DNA from: Eledone cirrhosa
Taxonomy: Eukaryota
Reading direction: 5' to 3'
NCBI GenBank assembly: GCA_964016885.1
Contig: OZ024761.1
Coordinates: 25,234,001 to 25,298,000 of the forward strand
Length of the DNA stretch: 64,000 bases
Below the pieces are notes generated by a model. That model was not told the DNA's origin and did not search any database. It saw nothing but the letters and a program-made list of their open reading frames with translations. Below are positions 29,297 to 43,960 of this stretch, piece after piece (the first letter of the stretch is position 1; each line of letters starts with the position of its first letter). The translations under genes were made by a program, and so were the position numbers.

Positions 29297-29920
29297 GGAA
29301 AGAAGGTTGACATGGTTTGCTATACAAAAAAGGTTTTTAATCTCATTGCTGACAATTGTTTCTCTGAACTGGTAGGTCTAGAGATCGCTATTCGCTTGTT
29401 TTCACGTTACTCGATCGCCAATACAAAATTATAACCAGTCAGTTCTTCGGGGCGTGCGAGAATGAAGAGAATATACAGGCATGAACAGAATATACAGGCT
29501 ATTATATGAAATAGTAATGGCATTCAGTTAGAACAATAACAACAATTACAACAATGCTATTAATAAATTATTTGAGGAGACCCTGACATTACTTAGGTGG
29601 GGGGGGGGGTATAGTTTATTGGCGATCGAGTAACGTGAAAACAAGCGAATAGCGATCTCTAGACCTACCAGTTCAGAGAAACAATTGTCAGCTATGAGAT
29701 TAAAAACCTTTTTTGTATAGCAAACCATGTCAACCTTCTTTCCTGATTTATTATTACTCCAAGTGTTTACAACATAGGAATTACAGCATACCCGCAGCAT
29801 CACTATGAAAACGCCTTGTTGCGTCAAACCAAGCCAAGCATTGATATCATCCACTACCTGGAATACTATAACTGGACTATACCTAAGTGGACTGCATTTA
29901 ACTATTATTTGTTACCCCGT
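29293..29920. mobile_element. (TA)n-flanked element with 131-bp inverted arms (29293-29423 / 29617-29747); its end recurs at 60295-60390
   Basis: Only one mismatch noticed between the arms. The end CAAGCCAAGC..GATATCATCCACTAC...TTATTTGTTACCCCGTATATA is reverse-complemented at 60295-60390. Confidence 0.8.
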
Positions 29921-30071
29921 ATATATATATATATATATAAAAACTAGAAATTGATTGACATATATATATATCTAAAATAAACACATGAAACAATCACAGG
30001 GGAGAATTTTTAAAGTGTGTAAGCACACACAGCTAGGTAGGTAACTAATTAAAGTTTAACTAGAACTTCAA

Positions 30072-30134
<63 letters not shown>

Positions 30135-30717
30135 ATTTCTAGTTGATATAAAATACTCGGCTCTATTCATTGGAATCTTTGAGCATATTCTACTGTGGAT
30201 ATGGCGCATGTCTCTCGGACAAGACACGCTTAATTTAATTGTGTGTGTGTATATATATATATATATATAACGAAGGAAATGTGGTAAGGAACCAGATGGA
30301 CCATAACGCACCAAAGTACTCAATACTTAGAGTAGTAGAGTGGATAATAGGAACGAGTAGGACCCCGACGGCTGAGCTCAAGCCGTTTCGACGGCTAATT
30401 CTGGACTAAAATCTGGACATTTTAGTCCAGAGTTAGCCGCCGAAACGGCTTGAGCTCGGCCGTCGGGGTCCTACTCGTTCCTATATATATATATATATAT
30501 ATATAAAATAGTAATAATAATAAATGCGAAGAAAGCCGAAACATGTCACGAGCTATTTCGTATATTTGGTATAAAAATTGTTTTTACTTTTGACGATTGT
30601 CAAAGATATCCTCAGCGCGATTTGATCTCAGATCGTAAAGGGGCGGAATTCTATGCCGAAAATGATGTTGATCGTCTTTCTGACGAATCTTATTACCCTT
30701 CGGATTATTAGGAAAAT

Positions 30718-31553
30718 ATTTGCTTTTACTTTTGGCACCAGGCCAGCAATTACCCCAGAACATTACTGGTACTTAATTTTATCGACCCTTAAGGATGAAA
30801 GGCAAAGCAAACCTCCTCGGGATTTGTACTCAGAACATAAAGGGCCGTAACTATATGCTGCAAAAGTGGGCATCCGGCTCTCTACCGATTCCACCAATCC
30901 ACTGCGGTTATATTTCGCATAAATAATGATTTCTTATTTAGGCACAAGGCCAGCAATTTTGGGTGTGGGGAAAGTCGATTAAATCGACCCCAGTGAGTTA
31001 CTGGTACTTTATTTTATCAACCCCGTAAGTATGAAAGGCAGAGGTAACCTCGGCGGGATTCAAACCCTGAATATATAGGGCCGTAACTCTATGCTGCAAA
31101 TCATAGCGTCCGACTCTCTTCCGATACTGCCATGTGCCATATTTCGTATAAATAATAATTTCTAGTATAGTAATATGGGGTGAGGTTAAGTCGATTAAAT
31201 CGACGCCAGTACATTACTGGTACTTTATTTTATCGACACTGTAAGTATGAAAGGTAAAGCTATTCTCCGCGGGGTTTAAAATCTGAATGTAAAGTGCCGT
31301 AACTCTATGCTGCAAATCATGGCGTCCGACTCTCTTCCGATACTGCCATGTTAATATTTGGTTGAAATAATTGTCTCTACTTTAGGCACAAGGCCAGCAA
31401 TTATCCAGTGCATTACTGGTACTTTATTTTATCGACCCCGTAAGGATGAAAGGCAAAGTCAACCTCGGCGGGATTTGAACTCAGATCGTAAAGGGGCGTA
31501 ACTATGCTGGAAAGCATGGCGTCCGACCCTCCACCGATACTGCCAATCCACCG
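30718..31553 (-). mobile_element. Head-to-tail array of four main-family SINEs
   Basis: Copies at about 30718-30905, 30928-31133, 31157-31349 and 31369-31553, each ending (plus strand) in CCGAT(A/T)C(T/C)(G/A)CCA. Confidence 0.88.
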
Positions 31554-31878
31554 CGCTACACCGCTGTAATATTTGGTTGAACTAATGAAATACTATTAAC
31601 AGGTATAGGCTCAAATCAATTTCATTTACCGAATAATTATATCGATTTGGATATTTAGCTATTTGCAAAGTTAATGGCACTAAAATGTGTTAACGTTCGC
31701 CTAATTGTTGTTTATTATGGCATGGCTAGTTGATAGCGGTCAACTACACACCTTTTGGCCATTCAGTTCGTAACTTTCTATTAAACTAAGACTCGTTAGT
31801 TAAATCTCATAATACTACAACCTTGTACATAACCATATATGTTTATGTCATGTTGTGAAGACATTGAACACATTCTTA

Positions 31879-33260
<1,382 letters not shown>

Positions 33261-33714
33261 TAAATACATAATCATATACATACTGATGTATACATACACA
33301 CAAACATATGGCTATAATATATATGTAGACACATATATTACCACAATTGAAGTAATTATATCCAAGAATTTAACACAGCAGGCCAATATACGACCAGAGA
33401 TATCATTGTATATCACACGATCGTGAGATAATTAATGAGTTTGACGTTCACATAAACTAGCCAATAGCAATTACTTGTATGGTCTTATTTCAGAATGGAA
33501 ACGGAGCTGTGATGTAGAAATATATTCAACGGAATATCATAAACAAATACTCGGCACACTAGACTGGCAAACGGACGGACCCACACACGCCCCCCCCCCT
33601 CTCTCTGTATATATAAAAAGGAACGATCGACTTTTTTGTCAAATCGGACCGAGGGAACAATGCTTCCGTTGGTCTTTCCAATTGCTAATACTATCTATCG
33701 GTCGCAACTCCAGG

Positions 33715-33840
33715 TAGAAGGAGCAATGTGAAATAAAGTGTCTTGCTCAAGGACATAACGCATCGCCTGGTCCAGGAATCGAACTCACAACCTTACGATT
33801 GCGAATACAATTCTCTAACCACTCAGCCACACGCCTTCAC
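33715..33840 (-). mobile_element. tRNA-derived CORE-type SINE fragment
   Basis: Minus strand reads GTGAAGGCGTGTGGCTGAGTGGTTAG (A box) ... GAGTTCGATTCC (B box) ... TGTCCTTGAGCAAGACACTTTA (CORE/MIR-like motif). Confidence 0.8.
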
Positions 33841-34596
33841 TATATATATATATATATAAATTAATAAAAATAATGAATAAAAACAAAGAAACAGTTCCTT
33901 ATATTAAAAAATTCAGTTCGTTATATTAAAAAATTAATAAATATAAGGAACGGTTTCTTTGTTTTTATTCATTATTGTTATTAATTTATCTTGACTCTTT
34001 TTTCCTGTGTTTTTCTTCGAAAAATTTGTTAATACATCTCCTTTCATGATATTTGGATTACATTGAGTTCTTCATACGGATTGGACACTACCGTATATTT
34101 TGGTAGATTTATCTACATATATATATATATATTGTTATGCTTTTGGAGGGTCATGTTGCCAATTTGAAGTTCTAGTTAAGCTTTAGTTAGTTACCTACCT
34201 AGCCTTGTGTGCACTTTACAAATTATCCCCTGTGATTGTTTTGTGTGTTTATTTTATATATATATGTATGTCAATCAATTTCTAGTTGATATATATATAT
34301 ATAAATGGAAAAAATGAAACGATATTTCATTTCTCACTCTTAGTGGGTTCTTATATATTTGAAATCTATTTATCATTATCGAGCCCTCTTTGGAATTTAG
34401 TCTTCAAATTTATTATTATTACTATATATATATACATACATACTTACACATATATATATATATATAGTTATAATAATAAATTTGAAGACTAAAATCCAAA
34501 GAGGGCTCGATAAGGATAAATATATAAGAACCTTAGAGCAAATCCCGTTATGGGTGAAAGCCGCGATTCTTGGCTTAAACATTAATCTGTTATTTT

Positions 34597-34629
<33 letters not shown>

Positions 34630-34955
34630 TTTGTTTCTGAATATGTTTAGCAAGATTCTTTATTTGAAAACGTTTAAGAATCTATAAATTTATAAATTTC
34701 CGGTTAGTTGGTTGATTCCATAACCGGACGGTTGTTCATATATTGTCAAACCAACCAGCCAACCGGAAATTTATGAATTCTTAAATTTATAAATTTAACT
34801 TATAATAAATTGGAGTGAAACCACCTGGTGCGTGTGTTTCTTATTGGCAACATGACTCTCCCAAAGCATAACAATATCGGTTTCAACACACGTTTTCAAA
34901 TAAAATAAAGAATCTTGCTAAACAAATTCAGAAACGAAATATATATATATATTAC

Positions 34956-35044
34956 GGCGGTGCCCCAGCACAAGGGCGGTGCCCCAGCACAAGGGCGGTG
35001 CCCCAGCATAGCCTCAGCCGGATGGCTGAAACAGGTAAAAGAGA
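34956..35044 (+). mobile_element. Isolated SINE/LINE 3'-tail fragment with a 19-bp unit in triplicate; related fragments at about 2909-2965 and 3565-3622
   Basis: (GGCGGTGCCCCAGCACAAG) x3 followed by GCTGAAACAGGTAAAAGAGA. Resembles the common octopus SINE tail (recalled, not searched). Confidence 0.55.
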
Positions 35045-35246
35045 TATATATATTAAAATAACAGATTAAAGTTTAAGCAAAGAATCGCGGCTTTCACCCA
35101 TAACGGGATTTGCTCTACGGTTCTTATATATTTGATATAAAATCCAAAGAGGCTTCGATAAGGATAAAAACCATAGTTTCAGAAGATCTCGTTAAAGGTG
35201 AAAGCATCGTTTCTTTGCTTAAAATTTGATCGGTTATTTTAATAAA

Positions 35247-35282
<36 letters not shown>

Positions 35283-35323
35283 TAAAAATATTAATAAAAT
35301 AGATGTTCTTTTGATTAATTACA

Positions 35324-35372
35324 TTTATTATATATATTTCGGATGTACAACAGTACGTCCTCATCAGACAAA
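35324..35372 (-). ncRNA. Family-B hammerhead motif (compact stem II)
   Basis: Minus strand TTTGT-CTGATGA-GGACGTAC TGTT GTACATCC-GAAA-TATATA-TA-ATAAA; flanks homologous to the 16000-16365 element. Confidence 0.75.
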
Positions 35373-35436
35373 ATATAATGATACATGATATACCCTAATA
35401 TTCTTTGATATACTCATTGAATTTTGTTTAACTCTT

Positions 35437-35470
<34 letters not shown>

Positions 35471-35905
35471 TCATCATCATCATCATCATCCAGCGGCCTC
35501 AGCCGTAATGGACTCAACGATTGACCTCCACGTGAAAATTCAGACGGTGTAACGACAGGGTCGGTATATAATGAGTGAAACTAATAAGATAATAAAATAA
35601 TGTATAATATTATGATAAAAAAAAGAAATACCCGACTGACTAACTAACATTTATATGTGTGTGTGTATATGTATATATATATATATACGTATATATAAAT
35701 ATATACACATATAAATATTTACTCACGTCATATATATATATGTAGGTATCAGTGTGTGTGTGTGTATAGATATGTACGTACGTCAATATATATATCTATA
35801 TGTATATACATATATATACATACACACACACACATATATATATACATATACACACACATATATATATATATGCATATATATACACACACACACACATATA
35901 TATAT

Positions 35906-35984
<79 letters not shown>

Positions 35985-36944
35985 TATATATATATACATA
36001 TATATACACACACACACATATATATACATACATATACATACATACATATACATACATACGCATATACACTTATATGTATATGTATATATATATATAATTG
36101 GAAATTTGGTAAAATCGAATCTCTGGCTGTTTGCAAGCAAATTCGGCCTACTTATATGGAATGATGAGTTAGCAAAGCACTCGATAAGGTAGGTCATTAG
36201 ACCTTAGAGTAATAACATACGTTGAAATAGCTTGTCAAATCGAACATTGTGGTAGGCAAAATCTAACACACAATAACATACCAAAGTAACGATAGAACTA
36301 ACAGGTTGAGAAAAATACCCCTGGACAAATCAAACGATTATACGTTTAAAGTGTTTCTTTGAATCCAAAATCAATATCAGACTTACGTGACTGGCAAGTT
36401 CGGGGTTTTCATGATTGAACGGAAGATTCAGTTGTTCAACAGGTTTTCATTCTACCCAGGACGCGGTGATAGGCTAAATGTTGCCGCTAGGTGCAGCGTA
36501 TCGTATCTATAGCTGTCACGTGTTAATTCCAGCAAGGGAAATAACCCCGGTGTTTTGCGGGTCATTCAAAATGTTAGACAAAGGAAATATTTTAATTTCC
36601 GCTAATTATCATGATAAGCTTTCGACTAGATGTTATAAAACAAACATAAATAATTAACCAATCAACAGAATTGTCTAATTAAATTGATTAGTTAATTATT
36701 AAATCTAGGAGAATAATATAATTGGAAATTTAGTAAAATCGAATCTATATATATATATATATAAATGTGGGTAGGTAACTGTGTGCGCGTGCGTGCGTGC
36801 GCGTGTTTATATATATATATATATATACACACACATACATACACACCCACATATATATATACACACACATACACACCCACATATATATATACACACACAT
36901 ATATATATATACACACACACACATACACACCCACATATATATAT

Positions 36945-37015
<71 letters not shown>

Positions 37016-37644
37016 TATGAATAATAAACGAGCAGTATTAATCTGGTTTTTATGATATTTTTTTTCAAATTCGAATCATGCCAAATTCCAATTAGACAAT
37101 CAGATTTTCTGGACTCAATAAAATGTGCAGCTGACATGTATTATGTATCATGGAGCATTCTATTACCTGTATCTCTTCTACAGATATTTCTGGTGCTATG
37201 CCAATATATACTGTCCGTTTGTATGTATGTATTTGTGTGTGTATGTATATATATATGAGTGTGTATACATGTATGTGTACTTCTATGTGCATATATATAC
37301 ATGTGTGTGTGTTTGTATAAATATGTATATATATGTATTTAAGTATGTGCGTGTGTATGTGTATGTATGTATATATGTATATATATGTGTGTATTCATGT
37401 ATGTGTACTTCTATGTGCATATATATATGTATGTGTGTATGTACGTATAAATATGTATATATATATATATATATATGTATTTAAGTATGCACGAATGTAT
37501 GTATGTATGTGTGTGTGTGTATGTAATACGTATGTGTCTGTGCTTGTCTCTGAGCATGTATGTATGTGTGTGTGTGTGTGTGCCTGTATGTATATATCTA
37601 ATATATGTATGCATGAACGAATATATATACGTGTACACACACAC

Positions 37645-37677
<33 letters not shown>

Positions 37678-37757
37678 CACTATATACACGCGTGGGTGTG
37701 TGTGCACACGCATATATATTCGTTCATGCATATATAAATATATATATATATACACAC

Positions 37758-37803
<46 letters not shown>

Positions 37804-38937
37804 ATATACACACATATATATACACATGAAAACATAATACTACTAATAATATTTCTACTATTACTACAACCACCACTACAAAACTAGTACCACCACCACC
37901 ACTACTACTACGACAAATATATCGTCTGTTATATCCGTGAATGTTGTTTCACATCAGATATAAATATGGCGGCTTTAAGAAATATGTGAAGATAAAACCG
38001 GAAATATACATGGCGTTTATTCTAATATGGCGGCAGAAATCGATTAAGTAAGTCAATAGATTTGATTGGAACTGAACACGGAATATATATATTGACGACT
38101 GGTCATTAATTTAGATTAATAGCATTAAAACTGACGCTCTTATTGAGTGTGTGTTTGTAGTGGTGTGTGTTTGTAGTGGTGTGAGTGTGCGTGTGGCTGT
38201 ATATATGTGTGTGTATGTGTGTGTGTGTGTATGTGTACACAAGACATTGGATTGTCTCGTGCTTAGCTTCACTTGAATGGCAGCACGAACGTAAACACAC
38301 ACACATAGGCATACACACACACGCGCACACACTCACGTGTGTATATTTGTATATATGCATGTATATGTACGCAATATATATATATACATATATTTGTATA
38401 TATGCATTTAAATGTATATATATATATATATATACGCATAAATGCATGTATATGTATATACGCAAATATATATATATATTTATTTGTATACATGCATGTG
38501 TATGTATACACAGTGAGAGAGAGAGAGAGAAAAAGAGAGAGATAAGTGTGCCTTTCATAAGTGCGTGTGCATAAAACATATTTATGCTACTCATTAAGCT
38601 ATATTACACTAAGTCTGTAATAATTAACAATAATTTAGACATTTTATGTGCTCCCACTTTGTCTACACCCATACAAACCTGAATATATATATATATATAC
38701 ATATGCGAGTGTGTATGTGCATGCATGTATGTGTGTATATATACATATATATATATACACACATATATATGTATATATATGTGTTGTACGTATGTTTTTA
38801 TGTATGGATTTATTTGTCTACTTGCAAGTGTTCAAACAAGATACAGTTATTCATCTTTCATATATGTCCTATCTATTTATCTTCCTCCAAATACTACCAC
38901 TACTACTGCTACTAATACTGCCAAAACAACAGCAAAT

Positions 38938-40337
38938 GGTGGCAGGGTTTTATCAGAATTGTTATAACGTCGGACAGCATGCTTCGTCCATTGATGTTCT
39001 GAGTTCAAATCTCGCCATGGTTAGCATTGGATTTCATCCTTACGGGGTCGATGAAATAATGTACTAGATACCCACTGTTGCCGAATAAACAGATTTTCAA
39101 CTCATCCCTAAATTGTTACCCTTGGGCCTAAATTAGAAACCACTATGAGTGTGGTTAGCTTTGTCTTTCGTCCCTATGGGGTCGTACCTGGCACGCATTG
39201 TGGTTGAATATATCGAGTTTCTACTCCCTTCCGTAAATTGGTGGCCTTGTGTCTAAATTAGAAACCATTTTTATCGAGGTTAACTTTGCCTGTCCTGCTT
39301 AAGAGATCGATACATTCAACTACCAGTAACGCACTGGAGTCGCTGAAATCGAAAATATTTTCTCCGCCTTGTGCCTAAATTACAAGTCATTAACTTTGCC
39401 TTTCATCCTTAAGAGGTTGATAAATAAAGTACCAGTAATACACTGGGTATTTGCTGGCCTTGTGCCAAAAGTAGAAACAATTATTACCAAAGTACCAGTA
39501 ATGTACTGGTAATTGTTCGCCTTGTGCCAATAGTAGAAACAATTATTACCAAAGTACCAGTAATGTACTGTGTATTTGCTGGCCTTGTGCAAATAGTAGA
39601 AACAATTATTACCAATAGCAGTATCGGCGGAGGGTCAGACGCCATGCTTTCCAGTATAGTTACGTCCCTTTACGATCTGAGTTCAAATCCTGCCGAGGTT
39701 GACTTTGCCTTTCGTCCTTACGGGGTCGATGAAATAAAGTACCAGTAATCTACTGGGTATTTGCTGGCCTTGTGCCAAAAGTAGAAACCATTATTTAATG
39801 AAGATATATGTGTACGTATATATGGAATCGCCCAGGTTGATTTGCAGCATAGAGTTACGGCACTATATGTTCAGAGTTTGAATCCCGCCGAGGTTAACTT
39901 TGCCTTTCATCCTTGCGGGGCCGATAAAATAAAGTACCAGTAATGCACTGGAGTTAATTAAAATTACTTTCTCCTACTCCTCGGAAAATTGTTAGGTTGT
40001 GCGTAAATCAGAACCCATTATTGAATTGGCAGTATCGGTAGAGGGTTGGACGCCATGCTTTGACGCATAGAGTTACGGCCCTTGCCATTCTGAGTTCAAA
40101 TCCCGCCGAGGTTAACTTTTCCTTTCATCCTTATGGGGTCGATAAAATAAAGTACCAGTAATGTACTGGGTATTTGCTGGCCTTGTGCCAAAAGTAGAAA
40201 CAATTATTACCGAAGTTAAGTTTGCCTTTCATCCTTACGGGATCGATAAAATAAAGTACCAGTAATGCACGCGGGTCGATTAAACTATCTTTTCCACCCA
40301 GACTATTGTTGTCCTTGCGCCTGAAATAGAAACCATT
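38938..40337 (+). mobile_element. Dense cluster of main-family SINE copies and fragments
   Basis: Heads at about 38940, 39617, 39845 and 40025; several core/tail fragments; the tail unit of about 61 bp is triplicated at 39426-39610. Confidence 0.85.
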
Positions 40338-40508
40338 ATAAATAACACCTTTATGATCACCGCCATGTTATGCATATCAGATTAAAATCTGTGTGACTTG
40401 TTTAGCAAAATAATTTATATTATTCTCATTTGTGAGATTTTGAACGATTTAAGATTTACAATGTATACAACACAATACATCATATCTGTTTGAAATATGT
40501 ATATATGT

Positions 40509-40559
<51 letters not shown>

Positions 40560-40597
<38 letters not shown>

Positions 40598-40652
40598 GAA
40601 TACAGATATATGTGCGTGTATGTATATATATATATATATTCATATATATTTA

Positions 40653-40700
<48 letters not shown>

Positions 40701-40749
40701 GAATACAGATATATGTGCGTGTATGTATATATATATATATATTCATATA

Positions 40750-40791
<42 letters not shown>

Positions 40792-41225
40792 GAATACAGA
40801 TATATGTGCGTGTATGTATATATATATATATATTCATATATATTTATATTTATATATATATATATAATTTGAATACAGATATATGTGCGTGTATGTATAT
40901 ATATATATATATATTCATATATATTTATATATATATATATAATTTGAATACAGATATATGTGCGTGTATGTATATATATATATATATATTCATATATATT
41001 TATATTTATATATATATATATATAATTTGAATACAGATATATGTGCGTGTATGTATATATATATATATATTCATATATATTTATATTTATATATATGCAT
41101 GTATATTTGAATACAGATATATGTGCATGTGTGTGTGTGTATATATATATATACATATATATATATATTTATATATATGGATATATATTTAAATACAGAT
41201 ATATGTGCATGTATGTGTATATATA
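40560..41225. repeat. Minisatellite with variable TA spacers, about 8 units
   Basis: Recurrent anchor TTTGAATACAGATATATGTGCGTGTATG. Confidence 0.9.
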
Positions 41226-41718
41226 TATATACGCACATATATATTTGCATAAATATTTACATGCACTCTTATATATACACTCAACCATTCACGCAAACAT
41301 ATTTATTCATATCCAATGTTTCTGTGTACATGATTTAATGAGACTGTATAATGTGCTTCGCAGTAAGGAAGAAGAAAGAAAGAAAGAAAGAAAGAAAGGA
41401 CAGAAGGAAAGAAAGAAAGATAGAAGGAAAGGACAGAAGGAATAAAGAAAGGAAGGAAGGAAGGTCATTTGTTTTAATTTGTTTTTTATTGTTGACGGTT
41501 TTGTTATAATTTTATAGTGTTCTTTCCAGATGATTAAATGGTGCTTCCGAAAATGACTGCCGTTGTGTGTGTGTGCGCGTGCGTGTGCGTGTGTGCGCGT
41601 GTGTGTATGTGTGCGTGTGTCTTTGTCTGTGTCTGTGTACACATGTGTGTATATCTATAGTTGTGTCTTTTTTTACATGTGTGTGTGTGTGTGTTTCTTT
41701 CTCTCTCACTATATTTTA

Positions 41719-41758
<40 letters not shown>

Positions 41759-42519
41759 CACACACACACACACATATATATATGTATATATATTTACGTA
41801 TATGTGATTTTATGGGAATATGAGTTAGTATCTCGTATCTCTCTTTTTGAATACATGTATGTACATGTGTGTGTTTATGTGTGTGTACACATATATATAT
41901 ATATGTGTGTGTGTGTTAGAGAGAGAGAAAGAGAGACACGGAGAAAGAATGTGTACATATATGTTTGTTTAACAATAAATCTGTTAATTTGGAAATCGCG
42001 TGAACATGTCTTTACATTTTTTCTCTGTCTTTGTGTGAGTGTGAATAAATGCCTATTTATACAGACACGCACATATAGACACGCACATACACACCCACGC
42101 ACACACATCGACACACTCATGCACACACAGACAAACACACGTATATATTTATATAGACACACAGACATATGCACATACACTATCAGACAGAGAGATACGT
42201 AAAATATATTGTTAAATTCTTGATTTAGTAAAATATGCAACAATTGTGTAAATTAAACTGAATTAGGAATAAAGAATTAAATAAATATTTGTTTTGTATA
42301 CTTGTCATAATGCTTTAGAAAACCAGAAATTCTGTCATTTAAATTCAATATTTGGTTTAAATAAGCTGTTTCCATTCTCTTCGATTCTATTTAGTATTGG
42401 CTACTACACAATTAAGTTCATTGACATTTGTAGAAGGATCTCGTATAGATCCTTCTACAGGATGTAGAAGGATCTCGGAAATATTCTTCTACAGGATGTA
42501 GAAAGATCTCGTAAAGATT

Positions 42520-43140
42520 CGCATTGACAGAGTGGTGAGAACGTCGGATAGAATGCTGTATGGTATTCGTACCGACACTCTGCTCTCTGATTTCAAATCC
42601 CACCGAGATCAACTTTGCCTTTCATCCATTAAAGGTCGATAAAAAAAGTACCAGCTTAGTACTCGGGTCAATTCTTACTCCATATCTCTTTCTCTGGAAT
42701 AAATCTGTTCTCAAACTTGAAGAAGGATAGGCTCCGCCAGGCTTATAAATTGCCTAAGAAACGCGGTATTTCAATATGGCGCCCCTAGGACTAAGTCAGG
42801 AGTTACGGGACCATACCATACCATTACTGAACTAAGTTTATTGGCATATGTAGAATGCTTTGTCGTATTAATTTCGGTTCTTTCTCTTTGCTCTCTGAGT
42901 TCAAATCCCATCTAGCTGAACATTGTCTTTCATCCATTCAAGTTCGGTAAAAAAGTAACACACTAATACTGGGGTCTCTCTCTCCCTCTCTCTCTCTCAA
43001 TACTCTATCCTTCTCTGGAGGAAATCTGCTGTGTTCAGACATGGAGAGAAAAGTCGTCACCCAGCTTTAAATAAATTGCCCCAGAAACGCCGTACATCAA
43101 TGCGGTGCCCCTACGGCTCTCGAGAGAATTATGGGAGGGC
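42520..43140 (+). mobile_element. Two diverged SINE copies with the shared core but an alternative 3' tail
   Basis: TTCAAATCCCA..CTTTCATCCATT..GTCG/TCGGTAAAAAAGTA followed by TCTGGA..AAATCTG..TAAATTGCC..AGAAACGC; the same tail occurs at about 56810-56930. Confidence 0.7.
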
Positions 43141-43811
43141 TAATGTAAAGAACGACCTCACTGACTTATAGTAGTAGTTCTTAAGTTTGCCCCCATCACT
43201 ATGCTTCACCCCACAGTTCGATATTAACTATAGCTTGTAATTCAACTTGCACTAAAGTGATAACATACCAGTCTCAATAGATATCACATATAAAATATAT
43301 TTCCTGTTTCAAAGAATTTATATTAAAAAAAAAAATTATAAATAAATAACAGAGAAATAAATTAATTAAATATTAAAATTATATTAATTTTTTTATTGGA
43401 TTTCTCTAGTACCACGTGTATTTGATTTGAACAACAACAACAACAACGACGACGCTGACGACAACCAAATTATTTAATGAAAAAATTGTTAACACATGTG
43501 TCAGAGTTCATTGAGTGCAGCTCGTACGTAACGTTGCCCTGTTAACCGTTTTATTACGAAACGATACAAGATTGTTTGCCTCAAAATGGATGCATGCTCC
43601 CGTAAAGAGTGAGGCAACCATAGGGGTGCCAAGTGGTTATAAAGCGTTTCTTAGGATATTTTAAAAGCTAGCGGAGCACATCTCCTCTCCAAGCCTTCAT
43701 AATTGATGCAAGAAACATGTATACATGCAAGGTACCTTTACTCCCGAACGATTCATAGCTGCGTCGCGTTGACAATGGCTTTTCGAGGGCATTTTTAGGG
43801 CAAAATCTCAT

Positions 43812-43960
43812 AATTGTTTCTACTTTTGGCAGAAGGCCAGCAAATACCCAGTACTTTAGTGGTACTGTATTTTATCGGCCCTGTAAGGGTGAAAGGCAAA
43901 GTTAACCTCGGCGGGATTTGAACTCAGAATGGAAAGGGCCGTAACTATGCGTCAAAGCAA
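43812..43960 (-). mobile_element. Main-family SINE, 5'-truncated (a further degenerate copy lies at about 44245-44360)
   Basis: Tail, core and B-box GGGATTTGAACTCAG present. Confidence 0.85.

Noticed and set aside
33770-33835. tRNA gene (also 59945-60010 and 27245-27300)
   Set aside because: A and B boxes are present but run directly into a SINE CORE-like body and no full cloverleaf is evident.
40560-41225. Constant repeat with variable spacers (also the SINE arrays) as a CRISPR array
   Set aside because: The spacers are only variable-length TA runs or SINE sequence; the context is eukaryotic and there are no cas genes.
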